A DNA stretch of 24,000 nucleotides from Paradevosia shaoguanensis (GCF_016801025.1 NZ_CP068983.1:2015888-2039887); one strand, 5' to 3'; counted from the stretch's first letter, positions 1 to 7,111 are shown. Made by a program: numbers and translations. Notes: generated by a model not told the origin, from the letters alone.

Positions 1-519
1 CCGGCCTTCATCGCCAAGAAGGAGCTGATGAACATTCCGTTCTTCGGCTGGGCGGCGTCCTCGCTCGATACCATCACCATCGATCGTTCCCGCGGCGGGC
101 AGGCCATTCCCGCCATGATGGACGATGCGCGCGGCGCGCTGGCGCGGGGCTGCCGCATCATCATCTTCCCCGAGGGGACGCGCCGGGCGCCGCTGGCCGA
201 GCCCGACTACAAATACGGCCTCGCCCGCATGTATGTGGAGCTGGGCGTGCCCGTCGTGCCGGTGGCGCTCAATTCCGGGCTCTTCTGGGGGCGCAATTCG
301 CTGATCCTCTGGCCGGGCACCGCCCGCGCCCAGTTCCTGCCGCCCATCCAGCCGGGCCTGTCGCTCGAAGAATTTCAGCGCCAACTCATTGAGAGCATTG
401 AAACCAATTCGGACCGGCTCGCGTTGGATGCCGTAGACAAGGGGCTGAGCCGCCCGATGACGCCCGAGCTCGAGGCGCGTATCGCGGCGGCGCGGCTTCG
501 GAACGGTCGTTCGGCCTGA
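1..519 (+). CDS. Lysophospholipid (1-acyl-sn-glycerol-3-phosphate) acyltransferase family protein, C-terminal part; 5' end lies outside the window
   Basis: Frame 1 is open from base 1 (PAFIAKKELMNIPFFGW...). It contains the FPEGTRR acyltransferase block and the downstream VPVVPVAL block typical of PlsC-like enzymes. Stop TGA at 517-519. Confidence 0.8.
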   Translation, partial: PAFIAKKELMNIPFFGWAASSLDTITIDRSRGGQAIPAMMDDARGALARGCRIIIFPEGTRRAPLAEPDYKYGLARMYVELGVPVVPVALNSGLFWGRNSLILWPGTARAQFLPPIQPGLSLEEFQRQLIESIETNSDRLALDAVDKGLSRPMTPELEARIAAARLRNGRSA

Positions 520-579
520 TACTACATATTGACAGCGATTGGCTGCAAAGCCATACATGTAGCTGTCATTGTAGCGGAC

Positions 580-615
580 CTTGACACGAACGTTCAATTT
601 GTTCTATTTTTGTTC
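580..615 (+). promoter_or_regulatory. Candidate sigma70-type promoter (CTTGAC 580-585, N18, CTATTT 604-609) overlapped by an alphaproteobacterial-type LexA/SOS box GTTC-N7-GTTC (601-615)
   Basis: Read directly: ccTTGACAcgaacgttcaatttGTTCtatttttGTTCtc. Extra GAAC/GTTC half sites lie at 588-595. The site is in an AT-rich intergenic tract about 25 nt upstream of the SD/ATG at 639. Confidence 0.45.
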
Positions 616-638
616 TCTTCGCGATGCAGGGGGCAGTC

Positions 639-980
639 ATGGTGCCGGCGCTCGACCAGATCAGTAAGGTTTCCGTCTTTCCGCGGGGCGTGAGCTGGAA
701 AGGCAAATCCGGCCGCGCCTATGGGCTGGTTGTCGAGCGCTTCGACAATTTCGCGCTCGTCCCCGGCAAGCTCTATGTCATCGCCAGCGGTTCGCTCGTC
801 CTCTGGGTCGGCTCGATCGACGATGTCATCAACGACCAGCAGAGCCGCGCCCGTTTCCGCCTCGCCATGGATTGCGCCGATCGCGTCTTCAGCCTTGCCG
901 CGCCCGATGACGAAGTGGCCCGCATGACGGTGATCTGGGATCTCGAAGGGGCCGAGCCCGCCACGCTTTCGGCCGCCTGA
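639..980 (+). CDS. Hypothetical protein (113 aa from ATG 639; the ORF track starts at ATG 624)
   Basis: Open frame with GC3-rich codons. ATG 639 is preceded by AGGGGG (629-634), whereas ATG 624 would sit almost on the predicted transcription start. I recognise no family. Confidence 0.6.
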   Translation: MVPALDQISKVSVFPRGVSWKGKSGRAYGLVVERFDNFALVPGKLYVIASGSLVLWVGSIDDVINDQQSRARFRLAMDCADRVFSLAAPDDEVARMTVIWDLEGAEPATLSAA

Positions 981-992
981 GCTTCAGGCGGC
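972..992. terminator. 9-bp stem / 3-nt loop palindrome formed by the 3' ends of two convergent genes
   Basis: GCCGCCTGA (972-980) gct TCAGGCGGC (984-992). The TGA of the + gene and the TCA (TGA on the - strand) of chaC lie in opposite arms. There is no U tract. Confidence 0.3.
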
Positions 993-1538
993 TTCGCTTG
1001 CGCCGTTCCTGAGCAGGCGCGTCAGTTCCAGCAATCCCCGGTCGCGTATGCCCAGCCGTTCGAGGTGATCGGCGGTGTTGACCACGTATTCCGTATTGGG
1101 GCCTGACGAGCCGGCGCTGTGCCGCACGAGGCGCAATTGCTCCTCGACCGCCAGCCGCCCGGCGAACTGGATATGGCTTTCATCCACGAGATAGGTCAGC
1201 GCCGCAACCGAGCGGCCATCGGCCAGTTGCACGGGCCGCAGCGCCTCGCGATAGACCGCCGTCACCTGCTCGCGCTCGCGCAGGTAGGCGTTGACTGCAC
1301 TCCAGTCCTCATGGCTCACCTCGAAGGCCATGCCCTGGCATGAGCCGCCATGGACGAGGCCGAAAACCAGGCCCGGCTGCTCGGGCGTGCCGCGATGGTG
1401 GGTGGAATAGATGCACAGGCTCCTGTGCGCCCCGCGCAGCAGCGCCAGCTGGCTGCGGGCGAAGCGGAAGCCCGGATTCCAGATGAGGGAACCGTAGCCG
1501 AAAACCCAGTGCGAAGTCGTATCGTATGGCGCGTCCAT
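984..1538 (-). CDS. chaC: ChaC-family glutathione-specific gamma-glutamylcyclotransferase
   Basis: N-terminal WVFGYGSLIWNPGF motif (YGSL core of gamma-glutamylcyclotransferase/ChaC). 184 aa, ATG at 1536-1538 (- strand). Confidence 0.85.
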   Translation of the reverse strand: MDAPYDTTSHWVFGYGSLIWNPGFRFARSQLALLRGAHRSLCIYSTHHRGTPEQPGLVFGLVHGGSCQGMAFEVSHEDWSAVNAYLREREQVTAVYREALRPVQLADGRSVAALTYLVDESHIQFAGRLAVEEQLRLVRHSAGSSGPNTEYVVNTADHLERLGIRDRGLLELTRLLRNGASEAA

Positions 1539-1624
1539 GTCTCTAACCTGAACCTGTTCGCTTGCGCGATCAATCTGGCGCCGGAGCGTGACGAGCGCAG
1601 GGCGGCCAGATAGAAAGATGAGCC

Positions 1625-2593
1625 ATGAAGCGAATCATCATCCTAGCCGTCATCGTTGCCCTGGTCGTGCTCGCCTGGACCGGCGCCTGGCTTTTCGTTG
1701 CAAGCCAAGTCGAAAAGCAGGTGGCGAACCTGGCAAATGGCGATGGCGTCAGCGACCCGAAAATCACCTGTGCGGAGCTGTCGACCGGTGGTTATCCCTT
1801 CGCCATGGATGTGGTGTGCAAGGGCGCGACGGTCCAGATGCAGGATGTGACCGCCCAGCTCGCCGAGATCCGCGGCAGCGTGCTCGTCTACCAGCCCACC
1901 CACGCCCTCTTCATCGCCAGCTCCCCGCTCGTCCTCAAGGATGCGTTCTCGGGCAATGAGCAGCGGCTCGATTTCGGCCTCGCGCAGGCCAGCGTGCGGC
2001 TCGACAGCTGGCGCATCGCGCGCGTCTCGGTGCATGTCGAGAACCTTGCCTTCTACAACACGCTGCCGAGCGACGAGCTCATCGCCAAGGCGAGCCTGGC
2101 CGAACTCCACCTCATCGATATTCCCGAGCGCCACGAGCCCGCCAAGGGCCTGGCGGCGCTGGCGGTCTATGCGCCGCTCGAAAACCTCGTCATGCCCGGC
2201 CTGCAGATCGCCGACGGCAAGGTGAGCGTCGAGGCCGAGATCAATGGCCTGCCCGACGACGTGCGGCTCATGGCCGAGGGCGACGCCATCCGCCGCTGGC
2301 AGGGCGCCGGCGGCACGGTCAAGCTCGTCAACGTCCAGGCCAGCGATGGCGAGAACTTCATCAGGACCTCGGGCGATGTCGGGCTCGACGAACAGATGCG
2401 CCCGCAGGGCCAGCTGCAGCTCTCCTCGCGCGGCATCGTCGAGCGGCTGGGCGATCGCATTCCGGCGCAGGTTCGCAACATCATGCTGGGCCAGCAGGCG
2501 CCCGATGGCTCCTATGGGCAGACCATCACCATGCGCGGCGGCGTCGTGCTGGTCGGCCTCATCCCCGTCGGCATGGTCCCGCCGCTGCTCTAG
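1625..2593 (+). CDS. Membrane-anchored hypothetical protein (possibly DUF2125 family)
   Basis: 322 aa. N-terminal hydrophobic anchor MKRIIILAVIVALVVLAWTGAWLFV, then a soluble GC3-rich body. The family assignment is from memory of similar alphaproteobacterial proteins and is tentative. Confidence 0.75.
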   Translation: MKRIIILAVIVALVVLAWTGAWLFVASQVEKQVANLANGDGVSDPKITCAELSTGGYPFAMDVVCKGATVQMQDVTAQLAEIRGSVLVYQPTHALFIASSPLVLKDAFSGNEQRLDFGLAQASVRLDSWRIARVSVHVENLAFYNTLPSDELIAKASLAELHLIDIPERHEPAKGLAALAVYAPLENLVMPGLQIADGKVSVEAEINGLPDDVRLMAEGDAIRRWQGAGGTVKLVNVQASDGENFIRTSGDVGLDEQMRPQGQLQLSSRGIVERLGDRIPAQVRNIMLGQQAPDGSYGQTITMRGGVVLVGLIPVGMVPPLL

Positions 2594-2686
2594 GGCAGCC
2601 TAGGGCCCGTACTCAATAAGTCCCGGCGCCCCCAGAGCGCTTATTTCCTCATCCGATTCCAACGGAAGCGCTGTCCGTCTGCCGCG

Positions 2687-2742
2687 CCACAACCACTGAA
2701 CTTCCCCGGATCAAGTCCGGGGAAGTCCGGTGGGTGGGGAGG
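2687..2742. repeat. Short form of the CTTCCCCGG...CCGGGGAAG intergenic repeat family; probable bidirectional terminator between convergent genes
   Basis: CTTCCCCGG (2701-2709) atcaagt CCGGGGAAG (2717-2725), flanked by CCAC...GGTGG. The 17-nt left arm ccactgaacttccccgg is identical to the outer arm of the long copy at 8106-8135 (rc). Confidence 0.6.
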
Positions 2743-2782
2743 CCATCGCAACCTCATCTACCGGTGCAATTGAGCACGGCCC

Positions 2783-3757
2783 CTAGGCGTCCTCGCCACC
2801 ACCGTGGTCGCGCTGTACCGTCTCGGCCGGCGCCGGGGCAGGCGTATCGGTCCCGTGCGGGCGCCCGAAATCGGCGGCGGCGGTTTCCTGGCCGGCATTG
2901 ATGATCGAGCGGCGGATGGCGCGGGTGCGGGTGAAGAGCGCTTCGAGCGCCGGCCCGTCGCCGTTGCGCACGGCGCGCTGGAGCGAGGACAGGTCCTCGT
3001 TGAAGCGCCCGAGCATTTCGAGCACCGCGTCGCGATTGGTAAGGAACACGTCGCGCCACATCACCGGATCGCTGGCGGCGATGCGGGTGAAGTCGCGGAA
3101 GCCCGAGGCCGAGAACTTGATGACTTCGGACTTGGTCGACGTTTCTAGATCCGCCACCGTGCCCACGATGTTGTAGGCGATGAGGTGCGGAATGTGGCTG
3201 GTAATGGCCAGCACCATGTCATGGTGCGCCGGGTCCATCACTTCGACGTTCGAGCCAAGGGCCCGCCAGAAGCCGACGAGCTTGTCGATCGCCTCGGGAT
3301 CGGTCCCCGCCTCGGGCGTCAGCACGCACCAGCGGTTGATGAAGAGTTCCGGGAAGCCCGCCGACGGCCCCGAATGCTCGGTGCCGGCAATGGGGTGGCC
3401 GGGGATGAAGTGGACATTGGCGGGAAGCAGCGGCTTCATCACCTTGACCACGTGCTCCTTGACCGAGCCTACGTCCGACACGATGGCTCCGGGCATCAGG
3501 GCGGCGGCGATGGCGCGGGTCACGGCCTCGTAGGCGCCCACAGGCGTGCAGAGGATGACGAGGTCGGCGCCTTCGACGGCCCTGGCCGGGTCGCGCTCAT
3601 AGATGTCGCCCAAGCCAAGCGCTTTGGCTTCATCGAGCGTCGCCTGGCTGCGGGTCGAGATGGCAATTGTTCTGGCCAGGCCATGCTGGCGCACGGCGCG
3701 GGCGATCGAGGAGCCGATGAGGCCGATGCCGATCAGGGCGAGCTTTTCGAACGTCAC
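2783..3757 (-). CDS. tyrC: Prephenate/arogenate (cyclohexadienyl) dehydrogenase
   Basis: Rossmann N-terminus KLALIGIGLIGSSIARAV, then GSVK...HFIPGHPIAG...HD..LA.TSHIPH blocks of the TyrA family. I place the start at GTG 3755-3757, overlapping the hisC stop (GTGA). The 409-aa track ORF is an over-extension into hisC. Confidence 0.85.
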   Translation of the reverse strand: MTFEKLALIGIGLIGSSIARAVRQHGLARTIAISTRSQATLDEAKALGLGDIYERDPARAVEGADLVILCTPVGAYEAVTRAIAAALMPGAIVSDVGSVKEHVVKVMKPLLPANVHFIPGHPIAGTEHSGPSAGFPELFINRWCVLTPEAGTDPEAIDKLVGFWRALGSNVEVMDPAHHDMVLAITSHIPHLIAYNIVGTVADLETSTKSEVIKFSASGFRDFTRIAASDPVMWRDVFLTNRDAVLEMLGRFNEDLSSLQRAVRNGDGPALEALFTRTRAIRRSIINAGQETAAADFGRPHGTDTPAPAPAETVQRDHGGGEDA

Positions 3758-4848
3758 GGGCGACCCCCAAAATCCTTCAAGATCCCGACCACCCGGCGCA
3801 TGGCGTCCTCGGGGCCGATGCTGATGCGCAGCCCGTTGGGAATGCCGTAGCTGTCCCCTACCTCGCGCACGATGAGGCCCTGCTGGTAGAGCGCCTGGAA
3901 GGCCGCGGAGGCCCGGGCGGCGTCGGGGAACAGCAAGAGGATGAAATTGCCCTGACTGGGCACGACGCGCATCTCGTTGGAATTGAGGCTCTGGGTCAGC
4001 CAGTCGCGCCAATCGGCATTGTATTCGCGCAGGCGCGTATTGAATTCGATATCGCGCGCCGCTTCGGCCGCGGCATACTGGGCCGGGCGGTTGAGGTTGA
4101 AGGGGCTGCGGATGCGGTTGACCAGGTCCACGATCTCGCGCCGGCCATACATCCAGCCAACGCGCGCCGCGGCGAGCCCGATCTTGGAGAAGGTGCGGAC
4201 CATGACGACATTGCGCGCATTGTCGACCAGCTCGATGCCGGCCGTGTAGTCGCCGGCGGTGACGAAGTCGGCATAGGCGCTGTCGATGACCAGCAGGATA
4301 TCGGGGCGCAGGCCCCTGTGCAGCCGCTCGAGTTCGGCGGCCGGCAGGTAGGTGCCGGTGGGGTTATTGGGGTTGGCCAGGAACACCATTTTGGTGCGCT
4401 CGGTCACCGCCGCCAGCATGGCGTCGACATCGGCCGTGTAGTCGGTCTCCTCGGCAACCACCAGCGTGGCGCCTGCCGCCGCGGTGATGATCGGATAGAC
4501 CGAAAAGCCATAGCGGCTCATGATCGCCTCGTGCCCGACATCGAGGAACGATTGGGCGAGAAGGTGCAGGATATCGTCCGAGCCGTTGCCGCAAAGGATC
4601 TGGTCGGGGTCCAGCCCGTTCACCTCGCCCAAAGCCACGCGCAGGTGTTTTGAGGTCCCCTCCGGATAGATTTCGAGGCCTTCGGAAACCGCCTGGTTGA
4701 AGGCATGCAGCGCGCGCGGGCTCGTGCCCAGCGGGCTCTCATTGGCCGAAAGCTTCACCGGAGCAACCCCCGGCGCCGCCTGCGAGCGGCCGGGAACGTA
4801 GGGCGCAATGGTCAGCAGGCCTGGACGGGGTACGGGACGGTCGGACAT
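3754..4848 (-). CDS. hisC: Histidinol-phosphate (aromatic-type) aminotransferase
   Basis: LSANESPLG, NPNNPTG and SKIGLAA(R) (PLP-lysine region) blocks of class II aminotransferases. ATG 4846-4848 gives MSDRPVPRPG...; the track start GTG 4860 is an alternative. Confidence 0.88.
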   Translation of the reverse strand: MSDRPVPRPGLLTIAPYVPGRSQAAPGVAPVKLSANESPLGTSPRALHAFNQAVSEGLEIYPEGTSKHLRVALGEVNGLDPDQILCGNGSDDILHLLAQSFLDVGHEAIMSRYGFSVYPIITAAAGATLVVAEETDYTADVDAMLAAVTERTKMVFLANPNNPTGTYLPAAELERLHRGLRPDILLVIDSAYADFVTAGDYTAGIELVDNARNVVMVRTFSKIGLAAARVGWMYGRREIVDLVNRIRSPFNLNRPAQYAAAEAARDIEFNTRLREYNADWRDWLTQSLNSNEMRVVPSQGNFILLLFPDAARASAAFQALYQQGLIVREVGDSYGIPNGLRISIGPEDAMRRVVGILKDFGGRP

Positions 4849-5002
4849 GGATGGATTCACGAAAGGTGGATGGACCGGGCCGGACCATATTCAAAGGTCG
4901 CCGCGAACGCAAAGAAAAGCCGGAGGGGAGGGTGGAAAGTCGCGGGGGAGCGAGCCGGGGTAAATCTCCACCCTCGTCCCTCGTCCTGCCTCACACCCCA
5001 CT

Positions 5003-5094
5003 CTCACCCCACCCTCCCCACCACCGCACTTCCCCGGGCGAAGACCCGGGGTCTATTGCACCCCTCCACCCGAGTGGAGGTATCCGTGGGCCCC
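5003..5094 (+). repeat. Left part of a long-form structured intergenic repeat, interrupted by the IS
   Basis: 5029-5094 aligns to the reverse complement of 8057-8122 with 3 mismatches. It contains hairpins CCCCGGG/CCCGGGG and CCTCCAC/GTGGAGG. Confidence 0.8.
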
Positions 5095-5124
5095 TGTGTA
5101 ATTGTGCTGTGCCATATTGGGTAC

Positions 5125-5249
5125 GGGCGGGAGACCGTTGGGCCCCAGGTTTAAAGACCGAGAGCCGGCACGGGTCCCCGCCCGCTTTGACAAACACCTG
5201 AACAGTTGCACGAGGCCGCTTGAGACGGACCTCGGATCACAGGGACAGG
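5125..5249 (+). ncRNA. Candidate bridge RNA (target-binding module 5125-5183, donor-binding module 5197-5249)
   Basis: Hand-folded. Stems are 5125-5136/5173-5183 and 5197-5200/5246-5249, with a capping hairpin 5211-5217/5227-5234. Loop arms are TGGGCCCC (5139-5146, same as left flank), AGAGCCGG (5161-5168, rc of core + right flank), ACAGTTGC (5202-5209, same as IS right end) and CACAGG (5238-5243, rc of core + IS left end). Confidence 0.55.
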
Positions 5250-5252
5250 CCC

Positions 5253-6185
5253 ATGACCCTATCACCGACCTGGATTGGAATCGACGTTTCGAAAGCCTGG
5301 CTGGATATCGCCTCTTCCGGCGGGGAGGGCGTGCAGCGGATCGCCAACACGATGGACGCCATCGCCGCATTCGCCGCCACGCTGGAGCGGGAGGGCACTC
5401 TCGTGGTGCTGGAGGCGAGCGGGGTTTACGACAGGAGCTTGCGCGCCGGACTGGCGCTGGCCGGGATCGGCCATGTCCGGGTCAATCCGCTGCGGGCCCG
5501 TGACTTTGCGCGGGCCAGCGGCCAGCTCGCCAAGACCGATGCGCTCGATGCGGCCATGCTTGCCGAAATGGGCCGGGCCCTGCGCCTCGTGGCCGACCCG
5601 CTGCCCGAGGCCGGACGCGAGCGGCTCGGCCTGCTCAGCCGCCGCCGCGACCAGTTGGTGGCCATGCGCACCCAGGAAAAGCAGCGCCGGATCGAGATAA
5701 CCGATTCCTTCATCGGCGCCGACCTGGACCGGCACCTGGCCGGTCTCAACCAGGCCATCGCCGCCATCGAGGTCGAAATCCAGAACCAGATCGGCAGCGA
5801 TGCCGCCCTGGCACAGGACCAGGCCCTGATCCGCTCGGTGCCCGGCATCGGCCCGGTCACCGCCTCTGTCCTGGCCGCCCTGATGCCCGAACTGGGCCGG
5901 CGCTCGGGCAAGCAGATCGCCACCCTGGCCGGGTTGGCCCCGCTCAACAACGATAGCGGCCTACGGCGCGGACAGCGCTCCATCCGCGGTGGCCGCCGCC
6001 GCGTCCGCCAGGCCCTCTACATGGCCGCCGTCGCATCCTTGCGAACACAATCGCCTCTCAACGCCTTCTACCACCGCCTGCGCCAGGCCGGAAAACCACC
6101 CAAGCCTGCCCTCGTTGCCCTCGCCAGAAAGCTCCTCGTCACCATCAACGCCATCATGAAAAACCGAACAAGCTTCGCAACCTGA
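5253..6185 (+). CDS. IS110-family transposase/recombinase (DEDD RuvC-like N-domain plus Tnp C-domain)
   Basis: MTLSPTWIGIDVSKAWLD..., VVLEASGVY, AKTDALDAAMLA (DEDD residues), helix-hairpin-helix IRSVPGIGPVTASVL, and LAPLNNDSG with the conserved Ser. ATG 5253 is preceded by AGGGA (5241-5245). The track start TTG 5220 is unlikely. Confidence 0.92.
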   Translation: MTLSPTWIGIDVSKAWLDIASSGGEGVQRIANTMDAIAAFAATLEREGTLVVLEASGVYDRSLRAGLALAGIGHVRVNPLRARDFARASGQLAKTDALDAAMLAEMGRALRLVADPLPEAGRERLGLLSRRRDQLVAMRTQEKQRRIEITDSFIGADLDRHLAGLNQAIAAIEVEIQNQIGSDAALAQDQALIRSVPGIGPVTASVLAALMPELGRRSGKQIATLAGLAPLNNDSGLRRGQRSIRGGRRRVRQALYMAAVASLRTQSPLNAFYHRLRQAGKPPKPALVALARKLLVTINAIMKNRTSFAT

Positions 6186-6197
6186 ATTACAGTTGCC

Positions 6198-6234
6198 GGC
6201 TCTGCGGCCGGGGAAGTCCTGTGGTGATGGCGGG
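6198..6234 (+). repeat. Right part of the interrupted long-form repeat
   Basis: GGCTCTGCGGCCGGGGAAG (6198-6216) is identical to rc of 8038-8056. The following tcctgtggtg pairs with the caccac arm at the left end. Confidence 0.8.
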
Positions 6235-6277
6235 ATTAGCAAGAAGCTGCCGGCGGCGATCACCCGGCGCCGCCGCC

Positions 6278-7021
6278 CTAAACCTTCGGCGGCAATTGCA
6301 TGATCGTCTGCGGCGCCAGGTCCGGCACACGGATATAGCGTTCGACCCGCAGCCGCCGGGGCACCGCCGGGAATGCCTCTTTGCGCGCTTTCACAATCGT
6401 AACCCCCGCAAAGGTCGGCCCGAAAACCCGCAGCCCGCGTTCGAACAGGCGCGTGGATTTGAGCACGAGCCCGGTATGAAAAGGCGGCAGGAACAGCGCG
6501 TCGCGCCAGGCTTCAGGCGTGAAGGAATGGTCGCGCAGCAGCTTTTCGAGCTGGGGCCCCGAGAACGGATTGCCCGTGCCGAAGGGCGTGTTGTCCCGTT
6601 GCGCCCACATGCCGCGCCGACGCGGCACCACCACGATCAACCGCGCATTGGGCGCCGAAATGCGCCAGAGCTCGCGCATCAATTCCTCGGCATCCGCAAT
6701 GTGCTCGAAGGCGTGGACCGCAATGGTGAGGTCCACCGCCGCATCGGTCAGCGGCATTTCGAGCGGGTCGCAGAGCACGGTATGCGACGGGCCCTCGCGT
6801 GGCCAGGCCGAGGCGCCCTGGCGCGCCGGCATGAAGGCAAGCACGCGCTCGGCAGGCTCCAGCGCGAAGCGCAGATAGGGCGAGGCGAAACCGAGGCCCA
6901 GCACGCGCAGGCCGCGCACCTCGCCGGCCAGCGCCATGATCTGCTCGCGCACCAGCGCCCGCGCGATCCGGCCCAGCGGGGTCTTGTAGAAATCGATGAG
7001 TCGGCGAACGTCCTGGGCCAT
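6278..7021 (-). CDS. Class I SAM-dependent methyltransferase
   Basis: Motif I-like RVLGLGFASPYL and downstream blocks. ATG 7019-7021 is preceded by GGAG (aattGGAGccATG). The track start at 7087 is an alternative. Confidence 0.78.
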   Translation of the reverse strand: MAQDVRRLIDFYKTPLGRIARALVREQIMALAGEVRGLRVLGLGFASPYLRFALEPAERVLAFMPARQGASAWPREGPSHTVLCDPLEMPLTDAAVDLTIAVHAFEHIADAEELMRELWRISAPNARLIVVVPRRRGMWAQRDNTPFGTGNPFSGPQLEKLLRDHSFTPEAWRDALFLPPFHTGLVLKSTRLFERGLRVFGPTFAGVTIVKARKEAFPAVPRRLRVERYIRVPDLAPQTIMQLPPKV

Positions 7022-7111
7022 GGCTCCAATTTGCGTGAAGTCGTTCCGCTTGTCATCTAGGTGCCCCGTCCCTAACTTCCCACCCATCGCTCACAAGGAT
7101 GGAACGGAACA

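Larger units (their letters stand above)
5095..6197 (+). mobile_element. IS110-family insertion sequence (about 1.1 kb), ends defined against an intact repeat copy; CC core
   Basis: Host repeat sequence stops at ...GTGGGCCCC (5094) and resumes at GGCTCTGCGGCCGGGGAAG (6198). The intact copy reads GTGGGCCCCGGCTCTGC without interruption. There are no long terminal inverted repeats, only the sub-terminal TGTAATT (5097-5103) / AATTACA (6185-6191). It has a single DEDD-type transposase gene. Confidence 0.88.

Noticed and set aside
522-574. Imperfect inverted repeat CTACATATTGACAGC ... GCTGTCATTGTAG with an inner GGCTgcaaAGCC hairpin after the acyltransferase gene
   Set aside because: It could be a terminator or an operator, but the arms are interrupted, there is no U tract, and I recognise no matching regulator motif. 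In particular it is not an E. coli-type CTGT-N8-ACAG LexA box.
2783-4012. 409-aa version of tyrC, and similar N-terminal extensions of typA (to 11140), argG (to 15061), lysE (from 15187), rlmJ (from 15861), iolB (to 21200) and the transposase (from 5220)
   Set aside because: The extensions overlap upstream genes or intergenic DNA, have Arg/Pro-rich junk composition, and precede the conserved family N-termini. Internal starts with SD sequences or stop/start overlaps fit better.
4991-5197. 68-aa ORF; near-identical 68-aa ORF at 7994-8200 (HPSTRVE.SVGP...LPRAKTRGL)
   Set aside because: The similarity comes from translating the two copies of the structured DNA repeat. Both lie in intergenic hairpin DNA, and one runs across the IS boundary.
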